Positions 48,173 through 63,710 of a stretch of DNA of 64,000 nt are shown piece by piece. The position numbers and the translations under genes were made by a program. A model generated the notes under the pieces. The model made no database searches. It was not told where the DNA came from and saw only the letters and a program-made list of their open reading frames with translations. This DNA is from Macrostomum lignano. Taxonomy: Eukaryota. The DNA lies in NCBI GenBank assembly GCA_002269645.1, contig NIVC01000903.1:62001-126000 (forward strand). The letters are read 5' to 3'. Position 1 is the stretch's first letter. Every line of letters starts with the position of its first letter.

Positions 48173-49749
48173 GCAGTTGCATAAAGAATCTGCCAATTTA
48201 GTGTTGAGCTGAAACTAATTAACGAGGTCAGTGTCGGAGAGAAAGACAAAAACGAGAAATCAAAATCCCAAAAGACCAACTAGAGGTCACGGCTTCTGGA
48301 TGCTAAGTTCCTGCCATGACTCCAACGCTGAGCACTGTGATCCCCAAGTGGGAAACTGCTTGAAATGGCTGTGCTAAAAATAGACACAGCACTGGATTTT
48401 GGCTCAAATTAAGTGTGTAAAACCGCGCAGTTCAGCTGGTCGTGGCGCAGTAATTGGAGACAAATGAAGGGATCGAGGTCCGCGGGGAGTCCGGGGGGGG
48501 GCAGCGATGCAGCTTACAAGCCATGCGCCCGAGCGAGCCTTTGATACTGAGGCAACTCTCTGGGGAATCTGATTGAATTTAAGACAGCTGGCTGACTGCG
48601 GGCTGCATGGGGAAGCTGCATGCAAAGGGAGAAGAGCTGCAGAGCGCGTGAAGACTTGGGCATGTGAGCAGGGCGTTGATCCTAATCTTATATCTGCGTA
48701 TTCTCACTGGGGGAGATGCTTGCAAATTTAAGGAGTAAACAAACACTTGACCGTTTGATAATTTATTCTATTTGGATTAAGAATGCGCATCTCTGGGCCT
48801 TTGGATACTGAAATAACGATTGTTAAGCGTGTGCAAAGCTTGGTGCAATCAAGCTAAGCCATACTAGCTCTCTATCATTGAGCGTGTGCAAAGCTTGGCG
48901 TGCAATCAGGCTTAGCCATTACTAGCTCCTCTATAACTGAGCGTGTGCAAAGCTGGAGTGCCATATGTTTAATGTGTGTCATCAGGTTTCATCCTGCCCA
49001 GCATCACTAGCCCCAGAAGAAACAGTCAACCAACTGAAGGTCAGCACTTAGCCAGCAGCTACCAGGTCGAATGAACAGCTGCTGAATTGGCAACATTCGG
49101 GCAGTGCATGGGGGGTCTATACGCCAGGCAAGAAGTGCCATTTTTGCTTCATTACCTTCTCTTGGGGGGGGGGGCAGCTTTCGCAGCCGAGCTTATCAGC
49201 ACCAGCTGCAGTCGTTAAGGCCGCACTGCCGCAGCCCCCCTAGGGACGGCGCTCAGCAATACTTGTCCCAGTAAATCAGGATCCGGGGCCACGCCCCAAT
49301 AATTCCATTTGCCGGGTTGGAGTTTTACAACCCTAGTAAATGCCATTTTTGTCGCTCCCACGCGTGTTATGCTTCATTAATAGCTAAGCACATTTTTGCC
49401 CAATAACAGTGGTGAGGCCTGGACTGCGGGGACTGCAGGACTCTCCTATGTTGAGGCTTGCACAGGCTTTCGATTCTCTCGGACTCGGCGAGATTAATTA
49501 TTGCCCTTTAGCCCTGTAATCATAAATCTGCTCTCGGGGGTCTGGAGTGCGAGAGGGAGATGGGAGAGCGGCCGGGTCTTTGGCGCTCAGTTCCTCAATT
49601 CCGGTAGGTGCCGCAAGCGATGCCAGCTGTGCACCCTAAAAGTGCAAAAAGGGAACAGAGCGCCCGACTTAGTGTCAGGTGTATCTATGAATATTTGGCT
49701 GCCAAAGAGTGCACATTCGGTTTCAGGGGTAGCCAAGTTGCGGTTGATA

Positions 49750-50400
49750 GGATTACGAATTTGGTTGCTAGGGTCAGCAATTTGGTTGCTAGGGTTGCCA
49801 ATTTGTTTGCTAGGGTTGCCAATTTGGTTGCTATGGTCACCAATTTGGTTGCTAGGGTCACCAATTTGTTTGCTAGGGTTACTAATTTGGTTGCTAGGTT
49901 TACCAATTTAGTTGCTAGGGTTGCCAATTTGGTTGCTAGGGTTGCCAATTTGTTTGCTAGGGTTGCCAATTTGTTTGCTAAGGTCACCAATTTGTTTGCT
50001 AGGGTTACCAATTTGTTTGCTAGGGTTGCCAATTTGGTTGCTATGGTCACCAATTTGTTTGCTAGGGTTACTAATTTGGTTGCTAGGTTTACCAATTTAG
50101 TTGCTAGGGTTGCCAATTTGGTTGCTAGGGTTGCCAATTTGTTTGCTAGGGTTGCCAATTTGGTTGCTATGGTCACCAATTTGGTTGCTATGGTCACCAA
50201 TTTGGTTGCTAGGGTTACCAATTTGGTTGTTAGGGTAAAAAAATTGGTTGCTAGGGTCAAAAATTTGGTTGCTAGGGTAAAAAATTTGGTCGCTATCGTT
50301 ACCAATCTGGTTGCTATCGTTACCAATTTGGTTGCTATCGTTACCAAACTGGTTGCTATCGTTACCTATTTGGCTTCTAGGACTTCCAATTTAGTTTCCA
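49750..50400. repeat. 21-bp minisatellite (GGTTGCTAGGGTTGCCAATTT)n, x~30
   Basis: Read directly. Confidence 0.95.
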
Positions 50401-50939
50401 TAAAGTGCACATTTTATTGCTAACAATGCTAATCGGTTGTTTGAGAAGAGAAATTCGGTTGCTATGGATGCCAATTTAGTTGCTAGCGGTGCGATTTCAG
50501 TTGGCAAGTCTGCCAATTTGCTGCCAAACTGCAAGACAACAGGCGCCAAAAAATAAAAATCGCAGATATGCTAATCCTATTCAGTCTGCTTTTTATTGCT
50601 AGCGCATTGATCGCCTCACGGCAGTTAAATTCCATTCATGCCTGCAGAGCACCAACTTAATTGTTCGACTGCTGACGGCATGGCGCAAGGTGCTGCTCAA
50701 TATGAAACAGTCCGCCGGGTTGCCCGCCTAATCAGGGCAATGCAATAAAAATGAATTTCCGATTGTCGCAATAAAAACTGCTTAATTTCAGCTGTATTGT
50801 GCAGGCTTTGAAACGCTTCGAGTAAATCTACTGTAATTCAGATTCATATTGGCAGCCATAATCTTTGTGAGTCTCTTTATTCAGGTATGCGAAAGTCCCA
50901 GAATGTGCGGGAGAGTATATTAAGTCATAAATAATTATG

Positions 50940-51187
50940 CAATGAGTCATAGTTCGTAGTCACATCGCGATTGACGAGAGTCGTCACATTAACCGACGAG
51001 TCATAAAAATCAACCAATGAGTCATAGAATCAACCAATGAGTCATAGAAAGTCAACTAATCAGTCATTAGATTAACCAATGAGTCATTAGATCAAAAATA
51101 AGTCATCAGATCAATTAATAAGTAATTAAATTAATCAATGAGTCATCAGATCAACCAATGAGTCATTAAATTTTCAGATGAGTCATC
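50940..51187. repeat. Degenerate ~20-bp repeat (ATCAACCAATGAGTCAT) with seven TGAGTCA sites
   Basis: Read directly. Confidence 0.85.
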
Positions 51188-51789
51188 ATGCTAGCCTTAC
51201 AAAGTGAACAATGGGTGCTAGCTTGATGGCAGGCTGCTGCAGCTTGCAAAAAGCCACATTCCTTTTGAGTTCTCCTTAAATAAAGACGCAGACAGCTCTC
51301 AGCCTCATCAATTTCTCTGCTCCCCTCTCCTCTCCCGTACGGTGAGGAGTCAAAGCTTAGGAAGAATCAGCCAGCCTGAGGGATTCGCACACTCTGATGA
51401 ATATTTTAATTAGCCAGCAGCATGGAACCGAAGGCCACAAACTTGAATCCCCTTCCTCTCAGCCTCCTCCCTCATCTCAGTTGCCAACCCAGTCCTCGCA
51501 GCGATTCCATCTAAATCCTCAAGATGGAACGACGCGATGAAGACGACGATGCTCTCCAGGAGGGATTAGGAATCGGGGCGAGGGGGGGGGTCTCGGAGAC
51601 CAGTGCTCCTGACCCTGGAGCCTGATCTGCTTGTCACTGGGATCTGGCCAGCGTCAAAGGCTCGGTCAAGCGCTGAGCTGAAGGGTTTCACACCAAATCT
51701 GAGCTGGCATGAAAAAGTACTTTTTAGGCGCCCAGTCACGCGCCTCGAGTCTGCAATTGCTTGTAAACAGAAACTGGATTTGAGTAACT

Positions 51790-52786
51790 AAGGCTGTCAC
51801 ACACACTATACTGAGGCTGTCACACACTAGACTGAGGCTGTCACACACACTAGACTGAGGCTGTCACACACAATCGACTGAGGCTGTCACACACACTAGA
51901 CTGAGGCTGTCACACACACTAGACTGAGGCTGTCACACACACTAGACTGAGGCTGTCACACACAATCGACTGAGGCTGTCACACACACTAGACTGAGGCT
52001 GTCACACACAATCGACTGAGGCTGTCACACACACTAGACTGAGGCTGTCACACATAATCGACTGAGGCTGTCACACACACTAGACTGAGGCTGTCACACA
52101 CAATCGACTGAGGCTGTCACACACACTAGACTGAGGCTGTCACACACACTAGACTGAGGCTGTCACACACAATCGACTGAGGCTGTCACACACACTAGAC
52201 TGAGGCTGTCACACACACTAGACTGAGGCTGTCACACACAATCGACTGAGGCTGTCACACGCTAGACTGAGGCTGTCACACACACTAGACTGAGGCTGTC
52301 ACACACAATCGACTGAGGCTGTCACACACACTAGACTGAGGCTGTCACACACACTAGACTGAGGCTGTCACACACAATCGACTGAGGCTGTCACACGCTA
52401 GACTGAGGCTGTCACACACACTAGACTGAGGCTGTCACACGCTAGACTGAGGCTGTCACACACTCGACTGAGGCTGTCACACACTATACTGAGGCTGTCA
52501 CACACTATACTGAGGCTGTCACACGCTAGACTGAGGCTGTCACACACTAGATTGAGGCTGCCACACACACTATACTGAGGCTGTCACACACTATACTGAG
52601 GCTGTCACACGCTAGACTGAGGCTGTCACACACTAGATTGAGGCTGTCACACACACTATACTGAGGCTGTCACACACTCGACTGAGGCTGTCACACACTA
52701 GATTGAGGCTGTCACACACACTAGACTGAGGCTGTCACACACACTAGACTGAGGCTGTCACACACACTAGACTGAGGCTGTCACAG
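51790..52786. repeat. 21-23-bp minisatellite (GACTGAGGCTGTCACACACACTA)n
   Basis: Read directly. Confidence 0.97.
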
Positions 52787-53644
52787 ATGAGACAAAATTG
52801 CTGTAGTTGTGCTAAGCACTAGAAAGGCGACATGTCGCAAACCTTGCTAATGCAATAACAATAAATCGGCCTTCAAATACTTTGCCTTCCATTCCAAGTG
52901 TAGCAAATCTTAGAAGTCCACGGCGCTGTCTCAGCAGCACTCCACAATGTGAAATATCTGCACTGTCATGCATTTGCTCAGCTAAAAACTCATCCATATA
53001 AATAAATTTACAATGCCAGATGATCAACTGAGACACAAGAATAAACCTATTTTACGATCGGCATTCGCCATCTGCTCTCATTGCTAATTGAGTTGAGTTC
53101 CTTCCAGTTTCTGCTCGCGATTCGCCCGGATCCCCTCACGCCAGCCTGCCTTTGAGGGGAGTAAAAAATGTTTTTTTAAAAATACTTGCATATATGCAAT
53201 ACATAAAAGGGCCAGCGTGGCTGTGTCGATGGCAGTCTGCCGGCTCCGGCCCCGAGGCCGCGGTCGTCAAGCTTCGGGCAACGGTAATTGCGAACTACTG
53301 CAGGAGGGTTTGGCCAACCAAGGTCATCTGCACTCTCTCCCTCACCCGGCCTTCCTAATGTTTATTCCCTTTACCTTACTCAGTTCTTACTACTTAATAT
53401 TGATAAGCGGTAGCCCCAGTGAGCTAGTCCATTAGCAATTATGCTGACTAGTGCAGTGGCTCAGTGCCAAGTGCTCATACAGAGCTAAAGTGTGCCGGGA
53501 GACCCATTAACGGCAGTGCAGCTTCTCCCACACGCAGCTCTGATTGACTGATTGATAGCCACAGAGGTGCAAATCAGCTGATAGGACAGCCGCACCTCTG
53601 CTGTACCTTCGACTCTGACTGCCAACTCTATTCTCCTGATATGT

Positions 53645-54960
53645 GATGACTCATCATTGGGAGATTGCAATGACTCATCTCATGACCGGTGGGAGACTGC
53701 AATGACTCATCTCATGACCGGTAGTTGACTGCAATGACTCATCTCATGACCGGTAGGAGACTGCAATGACTCATCTCATGACCGGTAGGTGACTGCAATG
53801 ACTCATCTCACGACCGGTGGGAGACTGCAATGACTCATCTCATGACCGGTGGGAGACTGCAATGACTCATCTCATGACCGGTAGGTGACTGCAATGACTC
53901 ATCTCATAACCGGTGCGAGATTGCAATGACTCATCTCATGACCGGTAGGTGACTGCAATGACTCATCTCACGACCGGTGGGAGACTGCAATGACTCATCT
54001 CATGACCGGTAGGTGACTGCAATGACTCATCTCATGACCGGTAAGGAGACTGCAATGACTCATCTCATGACCGGTGGGAGACTGCAATGACTCATCTCAC
54101 GACCGGTGGGAGACTGCAATGACTCATCTCATGACTGGTAAGGAGACTGCAATGACTCATCTCATGACCGGTGGGAGACTGCAATGACTCATCTCATAAC
54201 CGGTAGGTGACTGCAATGACTCATCTCATGACCGGTGGGAGACTGCAATGACTCATCTCATGACCGGTAAGGAGACTGCAATGACTCATCTCATGACCGG
54301 TGGGAGACTGCAATGACTCATCTCATGACCGGTGGGAGACTGCAATGACTCATCTCATGACCGGTAAGGACACTGCAATGACTCATCTCACGACCGGTGG
54401 GAGACTGCAATGACTCATCTCATGACCGGTAAGGAGACTGCAATGACTCATCTCATAACCGGTAAGGAGACTGCAATGACTCATCTCACGACCGGTGGGA
54501 GACTGCAATGACTCATCTCATGACCGGTGGGAGACTGCAATGACTCATCTCATGACCGGTGGGAGACTGCAATGACTCATCTCATGACCGGTGGGAGACT
54601 GCAATGACTCATCTCATGACCGGTGAGAGACTGCAATGACTCATCTCATGACCGGTGGGAGACTGCAATGACTCATCTCATGACCGGTGGGAGACTGCAA
54701 TGACTCATCTCATGACCGGTGGGAGACTGCAATGACTCATCTCATGACCGGTGGGAGACTGCAATGACTCATTTCATTACCGGTGGGAGACTGCAATGAC
54801 TCATCTCATGACCGGTGGGAGACTGCAATGACTCATCTCATGACCGGTGGGAGACTGCAATGACTCATCTCATGACCGGTGGGAGACTGCAATGACTCAT
54901 TTCATGACCGGTGGGAGACTGCAATGACTCATTTCATGACCGGTGGGAGACTGCAATGAC
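53645..54960. repeat. 32-33-bp minisatellite (GAGACTGCAATGACTCATCTCATGACCGGTGG) x~41
   Basis: Read directly. Confidence 0.97.
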
Positions 54961-55480
54961 TATTACAGCCTTTCCGTTTCTCCCAAGCATACAAAAAAGA
55001 CGAGCCAATTTTTTCAAAAAGAATTTTCTCAGCAACAGTTCAAATGAATTTTTCATGTTAGCTATCAGAATGGATAATAAAATTTTGCGACAAAAAGGAG
55101 AAAATGTGAAGGCCAGAGGGGAGGCCTCCCATTGGCTGAGCCTGCAGGCGCTAGTCCATTGGGCACTGCGGCATTCAACCCCCCCCCCCCCAACTGGCTG
55201 CAATGCTCTGCTTTTTTGCGCTTCGGCAATACTCGCTACTGCTATCCCGACATCAGTTGGCCTTCTCAGCAGCTCCTGTTCTTTTGCCTTCCAACATATT
55301 CTAACTGACGGCTATCAGTTCAAGGACGCTGGACAAAAACTCTGCTCAGCTTGTTGTGCGGAATTCAATTTTGCAACAAGGACGTTTATAAGAGAAAGCT
55401 TAAAAGATACTTTTAACGAATTTGCTGGCCCAGAAAGAATGCACTACGACAAGAGTTGGTGAGAAATTTTATCTCAGCAA

Positions 55481-56482
<1,002 letters not shown>

Positions 56483-56975
56483 TATATTTGTATGATCACA
56501 TGCATTTAATATATATGTCATTCTATCGCCTTAGTCTCGCATCTCTTTACTGAGCTGTACACTCTGCAGAAGCATGCAGCCATGAATTTATTTCCCCAAC
56601 GAAGCGCACTGTAACCGCAGTCGTACTAAGACTCTCCCCTTCACTCCTCAAATGCCAGCAGTGCCCTAATAAGCCAGGTACTCCAGTCTCAATCTCATTC
56701 AATAGAGCCACAAGGCACTTTAGCTGCACCTGACTGTACAGCGGCAGTCATAAATTTTTATCACCAAGAGTTTCGTGCCGATGGCTGATCCGGTGCGATT
56801 GCCACCCGGCGGCGGTTCAAAAGCCATCGATCAGTTGAGCCAGAGAATGAGGCGGGAGAGACTTGCAATAAAGTAGGCCTCCTATTCAAGCAAATTGAGC
56901 ACAAGGGGTTGCAGTAGGCGTGGATGAAAGATAGAGAGAACAGTTGGTGGAGCCGTGTGCTCCTTACCAATGAGA

Positions 56976-57347
<372 letters not shown>

Positions 57348-58243
57348 ATGTCTATTGTGATGACGGTTATGATAGTGTCAGAATGATGAGGATGGTGATG
57401 ATGGGAGAATCTATTACCAGATCGGTGCTGACTCTCATCCTGACGATGGGAGGAAAATCCCAACCCAAAAACCGGTGGAAGCTGGGACGCATCAGCCACC
57501 TGTCAATCATGCGAAGTCACCGTTGCAGCCCCTGTCCGTGGCGCCGTGCGTGACTCGAACGCAATTCTGACATCAGAACGGAAGCCGGGCCTGAACATCC
57601 AGGGATCTTATTATTAAACTGCCCCCCTTCCTGAGGAATTTCGGGTCCCGAGTGACAAAACGGGAGGGGGACAACTGCCCCCCCCCTCCCTGCTCCTCAA
57701 TTTTTCTCCCTCGGTTGCCGATGCGTTTTGCGTGATTAAGCGCTGAATTTCACGGTCAAGTTAGCAGCCAGCTGGGAAGAGGCACAGAGCAATATCGAAG
57801 GGGATAGTTAGCCGAGGAGGGGATTAGTGACCAGGTGCCCACTCTGTCGGTTTACGCCTCGCTGCGTATTACAAGTCAGTGCTGAGAGCACTCTTGAGCT
57901 GGGAGTGCAGCAAATATGAGCCTGATACTAGAAACAGGACCTTAACATCACTCCCTATATGCATAGATAGATCTGGTGACAGACTGCAGCTCTGGGAACT
58001 GTGAATTTTAACGCTTCTTCATAGAACTATAGAAAGCCATTTCGAAGTCAAGGAACACAGTTTCTGCCCAGCGGGGTGGCAGCCAGTTGTGCTATAACTC
58101 TTCTGCTTTTTTCAGAACAGAATAGATTGAAGTTTATGCACTTTAGCCAGCCCCTCAGACTGGAACAGCAGCAAGTTTAGCACATGAATTGCTGCTAATG
58201 AATTTGACCTGGAAGTTCAAATTTGACGTCCATTGAAGAGTTT

Positions 58244-59341
<1,098 letters not shown>

Positions 59342-59996
59342 CAAAGGCAAGAACGCAAAGCCGCTGAGCTCCCCTGATATACCGGGTAGGCTTTGCGAGG
59401 CGCTGACTCCGCAGAGGCAATTATCCCCAGTTTAATGTCCCCATAAACCTCAATCTGCCCTCACATCCAACAGCCAAATGAACTTCCTTTCTCTTCTCAC
59501 ACTCCTGCTTCTAAGAATCTTTCGATAGAAGATATTTTTTATTTAGGAAATTTTTCGGCTTTTGGTTGAGAACAGTTAGAAAGAATTTTTTAGACCTACA
59601 GTAGGTCTCTCGCATATGCTTACGAGTTTACGAGCATCTTAGAGAACTTCTTGGAGTGCCCGGGATCGACTCCGAAGTTTAGTCTGAGGTTTTAAAAATG
59701 GCGCTTGGTGTTTCGGGAGGCTGAAACTGGGGGGACTCAGCTTCATCATAATGAAATCGGGCGAGTCTGGTGGACCCTCTTCGGGATTTCCACCCCACCC
59801 CATTTCCCTACCTTGTCATGCCTGTATCGAGCGCCACCGCCCTCCTTCCACCCAGAGAGTCTAACGAGGTTCATTAGGAAAGCAGCTGCCATTGCACTGG
59901 TGTGCACTATGCTGGGATAAAATATGAGTACCAGCCTTGGGGATTCTAGTTTGTACTATGCTATTGTGCTCAAGTACTTTACAGATTCGATTTTGG

Positions 59997-60575
59997 ACTG
60001 TCCACCGAGTCCCAGACATCTCACTGAGACTGTCCACCGAGTCCCAGACATCTCACTGAGACTGTCCACCGAGTCCCAGTCCTCACTGAGACTGTCCACC
60101 GAGTCCCAGACATCTCACTGAGACTGTCCACCGAGTCCCAGTCCTCACTGAGACTGTCCACCGAGTCCCAGACATCTCACTGAGACTGTCCACCGAGTCC
60201 CAGTCCTCACTGAGACTGTCCACCGAGTCCCAGACATCTCACTGAGACTGTCCACCGAGTCCCAGTCCTCACTGAGACTGTCCACCGAGTCCCAGTCATC
60301 TCATTGAGACTGTCCACCGAGTCCCAGTCCTCACTGAGACTGTCCACCGAGTCCAGTAATCTCACTGAGACTGTCCACCGAGTCCCAGACATCTCACTGA
60401 GACTGTCCACCGAGTCCCAGTCCTCACTGAGACTGTCCACCGAGTCCAGTAATCTCACTGAGACTGTCCACCGAGTCCAGTAATCTCACTGAGACTTCCA
60501 CCGAGTCCCAGTCCTCACTGAGACTGTCCACCGAGTCCCAGTCATCTCACTGAGACTGTCCACCGAGTCCCTGAC
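59997..60575. repeat. 30-32-bp minisatellite (ACTGTCCACCGAGTCCCAGACATCTCACTGAG)
   Basis: Read directly. Confidence 0.95.
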
Positions 60576-61159
60576 CTCAGACCTCTTTTTAGCAGACAGT
60601 AGTCCTTCTGACTCTTAGAAGAATTCGAAATTAACTCCGTCGTTCCTAATCGAATTGACAGTAAAAAGAACTGACGAAGTGTCAATTGAGACTTGAGCCA
60701 CTCATGTGAGCTCTATGAGTGAACTCTCCCCGTCATCATGAGACCTGGGGGAGGCAGTTGCATTGAGAAAGAGGAGTGGAGGTACTTTGGAGAGATTCAG
60801 GCCGGGTAGAGAGGGAGAGAAGCGGCATTCTAATGAGTTCTGGGTGGCCCTAATCACATCAGTGCATGGTAACTTGGCCTCGAGCTCGGCTCGAGCATGG
60901 TGAGATGCTGGTCCTCATCTTCAATAACAAGCGAATCAGCTCAGATTTTGCTCCACTGACCCCAGCTCAGCAAACTTTGTGACTTAACAACCCTTGAAAT
61001 CGTATAACTCTCCAAGCTTGAGCTGCGTAAGTTCGAATCAGTCCTCGAACTGGGAGTAATTCCCAAGTTCCTTATTTTCGTCCTAAAGATAGCAGATTAA
61101 CCCGGCTGAGATGCAGTGCCATTTTTGGAGTGCTCCCGGGAACCGTGCACCGTTGAGGC

Positions 61160-61885
61160 TGATGATGCTGAGAATGATGATGCTGAGAATGCGAATGTCG
61201 CGAATGAGGATGCCGAGAATGAGGATGCTGAGAGTGATGATGCTGAGAGTGATGATGCTGAGAGTGATGATGCTGAGAGTGATGATGCTGAGAGTGATGA
61301 TGCTGAGAGTGATGATGCTGAGAGTGAGGATGCTGAGATTGAGGATTTCGCGAATGAGGATGCCGAGAATGAGGATGCTGAGAGTGATGATGCTGAGAGT
61401 GAGGATGCTGAGAATGAGGATGCCGAGAATGAGGATGCTGAGAATAAGGATGCTGAGAATGAGGATGAGGATGCTGAGAATGAGGATACTGAGAATGAGG
61501 ATGAGGATGCTGAGAATGAGGATACTGAGAATGAGGATGAGGATGCTGAGAATGAGGATACTGAGAATGAGGATGAGGATGCTGAGAATGAGGATACTGA
61601 GAATGAGGATGAGGATGCTGAGAATGAGGATACTGAGAATGAGGATGAGGATGCTGAGAATGAGGATGAGGATGCTGAGAATGAGGATACTGAGAATGAG
61701 GATGAGGATGCTGAGAATGAGGATACTGAGAATGAGGATGAGGATGCTGAGAGTGAGGATGCTGAGAATGGGATGCTGAGAATGAGGATGAGGATGCTGA
61801 GAGTGAGGATGCTGAGAATGAGGATGATGATACTGAGAATGAGGATGAGGATGCTGAGGATGAGGATGCTTAGAATGAGGATGCT
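61160..61885. repeat. 15/21-bp purine-rich minisatellite (GAGGATGCTGAGAAT)n
   Basis: Read directly. Confidence 0.95.
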
Positions 61886-63124
61886 CCAATAGCATTGATT
61901 CAGGTGCCAGATTGAAGCAACAATTCCGGAACCGGTGTAAAACATTTCAGACTGGGAGACGCTGCCACGGCCGCCAGGAACCGCCCAGCTGACAAAGAGA
62001 TATTGGCTCATCCCAGACTTCAGTCACCGAACAGGTAAGCAGTGTGCTCAAGGGTTATAACTCAGCAAAAAATAGAAACTGCACTAATTGAAGACGCCTT
62101 CAAAGAATACCTGTGGTGCACCTGTCAATCCTATCTGTCGCGGGAGCAGAAAAAAATTGAAATTTGACCCTGGCACACCTGTCAATTATTTTCAACACCT
62201 GTGCTCTCAGGCTCCACCTCAGCAGTCTCTGCGATGCCTACAATAGGAACTGCCAGTCTTCCTGCTTCAGTTTGGCTACTCCACAGTATTATCCGCGGGA
62301 ATCAACGGATGCCTGAATTGTAGATAAATGAGGGCATAATTTTTTCACTTCAACTCATCGTGGCCAATGCACTTTTTCCCCAAGGTAGGGTAAGGCATTC
62401 CACTAGCTAAGTCGGCTATGCCGATATGTATAGAAAAAAACTATTTGGCCGCAGAGTCGGAAGCAGAGAACAAGATACTACGCCGAAGCAATCCCTTTAA
62501 CTTGGTTCAGCTCTACTACTAGGAAAAGTTTGAGCAGAAATAGAGCTTCATCTCAACTTGGCGCCAAATTTGATTGGGGGGGCTGTCTCCCCTCCTCCAG
62601 GAGCCGCAGAAAATCCCGGCCGGATACAGAATACTGAGGATTGGGGATTTTTCACAAAGTTACTCGCGGGCCAGGCCGAGTCACCCTGCAATCTCCCATC
62701 GATATGGCGGGAAGACGCTCTCTCTCTCTCTCTCTCTCTCTTTTTTTCTGTATCCTCCTAGAAGCAAATTGGCTCCGGTCCCCGTGATTGAGACTTCAGC
62801 CCCCCAACCTCCCTCCAGCCCCCAACTACAGAAACCAAAAGAAAATAAAAGATTTTTCGAGAGCCACTCGCCAAATCCAGCTGGGGACTGCGGCGGCGGT
62901 CCGGCCGATAAGAGGAAATTGATTTTCCCTTACTAGCCGCAGGTCGTCCGCTTCCCCGGGACTCTCGACAGACCCTGCCTGTCAGCTCGGGCGGCCTGAG
63001 GGGAGGGGCTTTGATTTTTTCAAAGATGGCGCCGCGTGGTGGCGCAACTCGCTTACAGTTGTTATCTACTGTCTCATTGTCACTCTTTCACTCCCCTTCA
63101 CTCACCTTCATCTGCAGCCAGCAA

Positions 63125-63370
63125 CTCCTACTCTCTCTCTCTCCTTCTCTCTCCCTCTCATTCTCACTCTCACTCTCACTCTCTCTCACTCTCACTCTCT
63201 CTCACTCTCACTCTCTCTCACTCTCACTCACTCTCACTCTCACTCTCTCTCACTCACTCTCTCTCACTCTCACTCTCTCTCACTCTCACTCTCACTCTCC
63301 CTCTTCCTCTCCCTCTCACTTTCACTCTCTCTTTCACTCTCACTCTCCCTCTCACTCTCACTCTCTCTAC

Positions 63371-63428
<58 letters not shown>

Positions 63429-63459
63429 CTCTCCCTCTCCCTCTCACTCTCACTCTCAT

Positions 63460-63499
<40 letters not shown>

Positions 63500-63516
63500 T
63501 CCCCCTCTCCCTCTCC

Positions 63517-63574
<58 letters not shown>

Positions 63575-63595
63575 TACTTTCCCTCTCACTCTTCA

Positions 63596-63628
<33 letters not shown>

Positions 63629-63710
63629 TACTCTTCCTCTCACTCTTCACCTCACTCTCACTCCTTCTCTCACTCTCACTCCCACTCTCACTCTCACTCT
63701 CCCTCTCTCA
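63125..63710. repeat. (CTCACT)n/(CT)n pyrimidine-rich satellite
   Basis: Read directly. Confidence 0.95.

Noticed and set aside
49501-50423. 271-aa and 220-aa heptad-repeat ORFs
   Set aside because: The 21-bp unit is open on both strands, and variants show no clear synonymous bias.
57380-57570. Cadherin-like DEDGDDGRIYYQI peptide
   Set aside because: An isolated motif next to a GAT repeat, with a weak acceptor and no other cadherin motifs.
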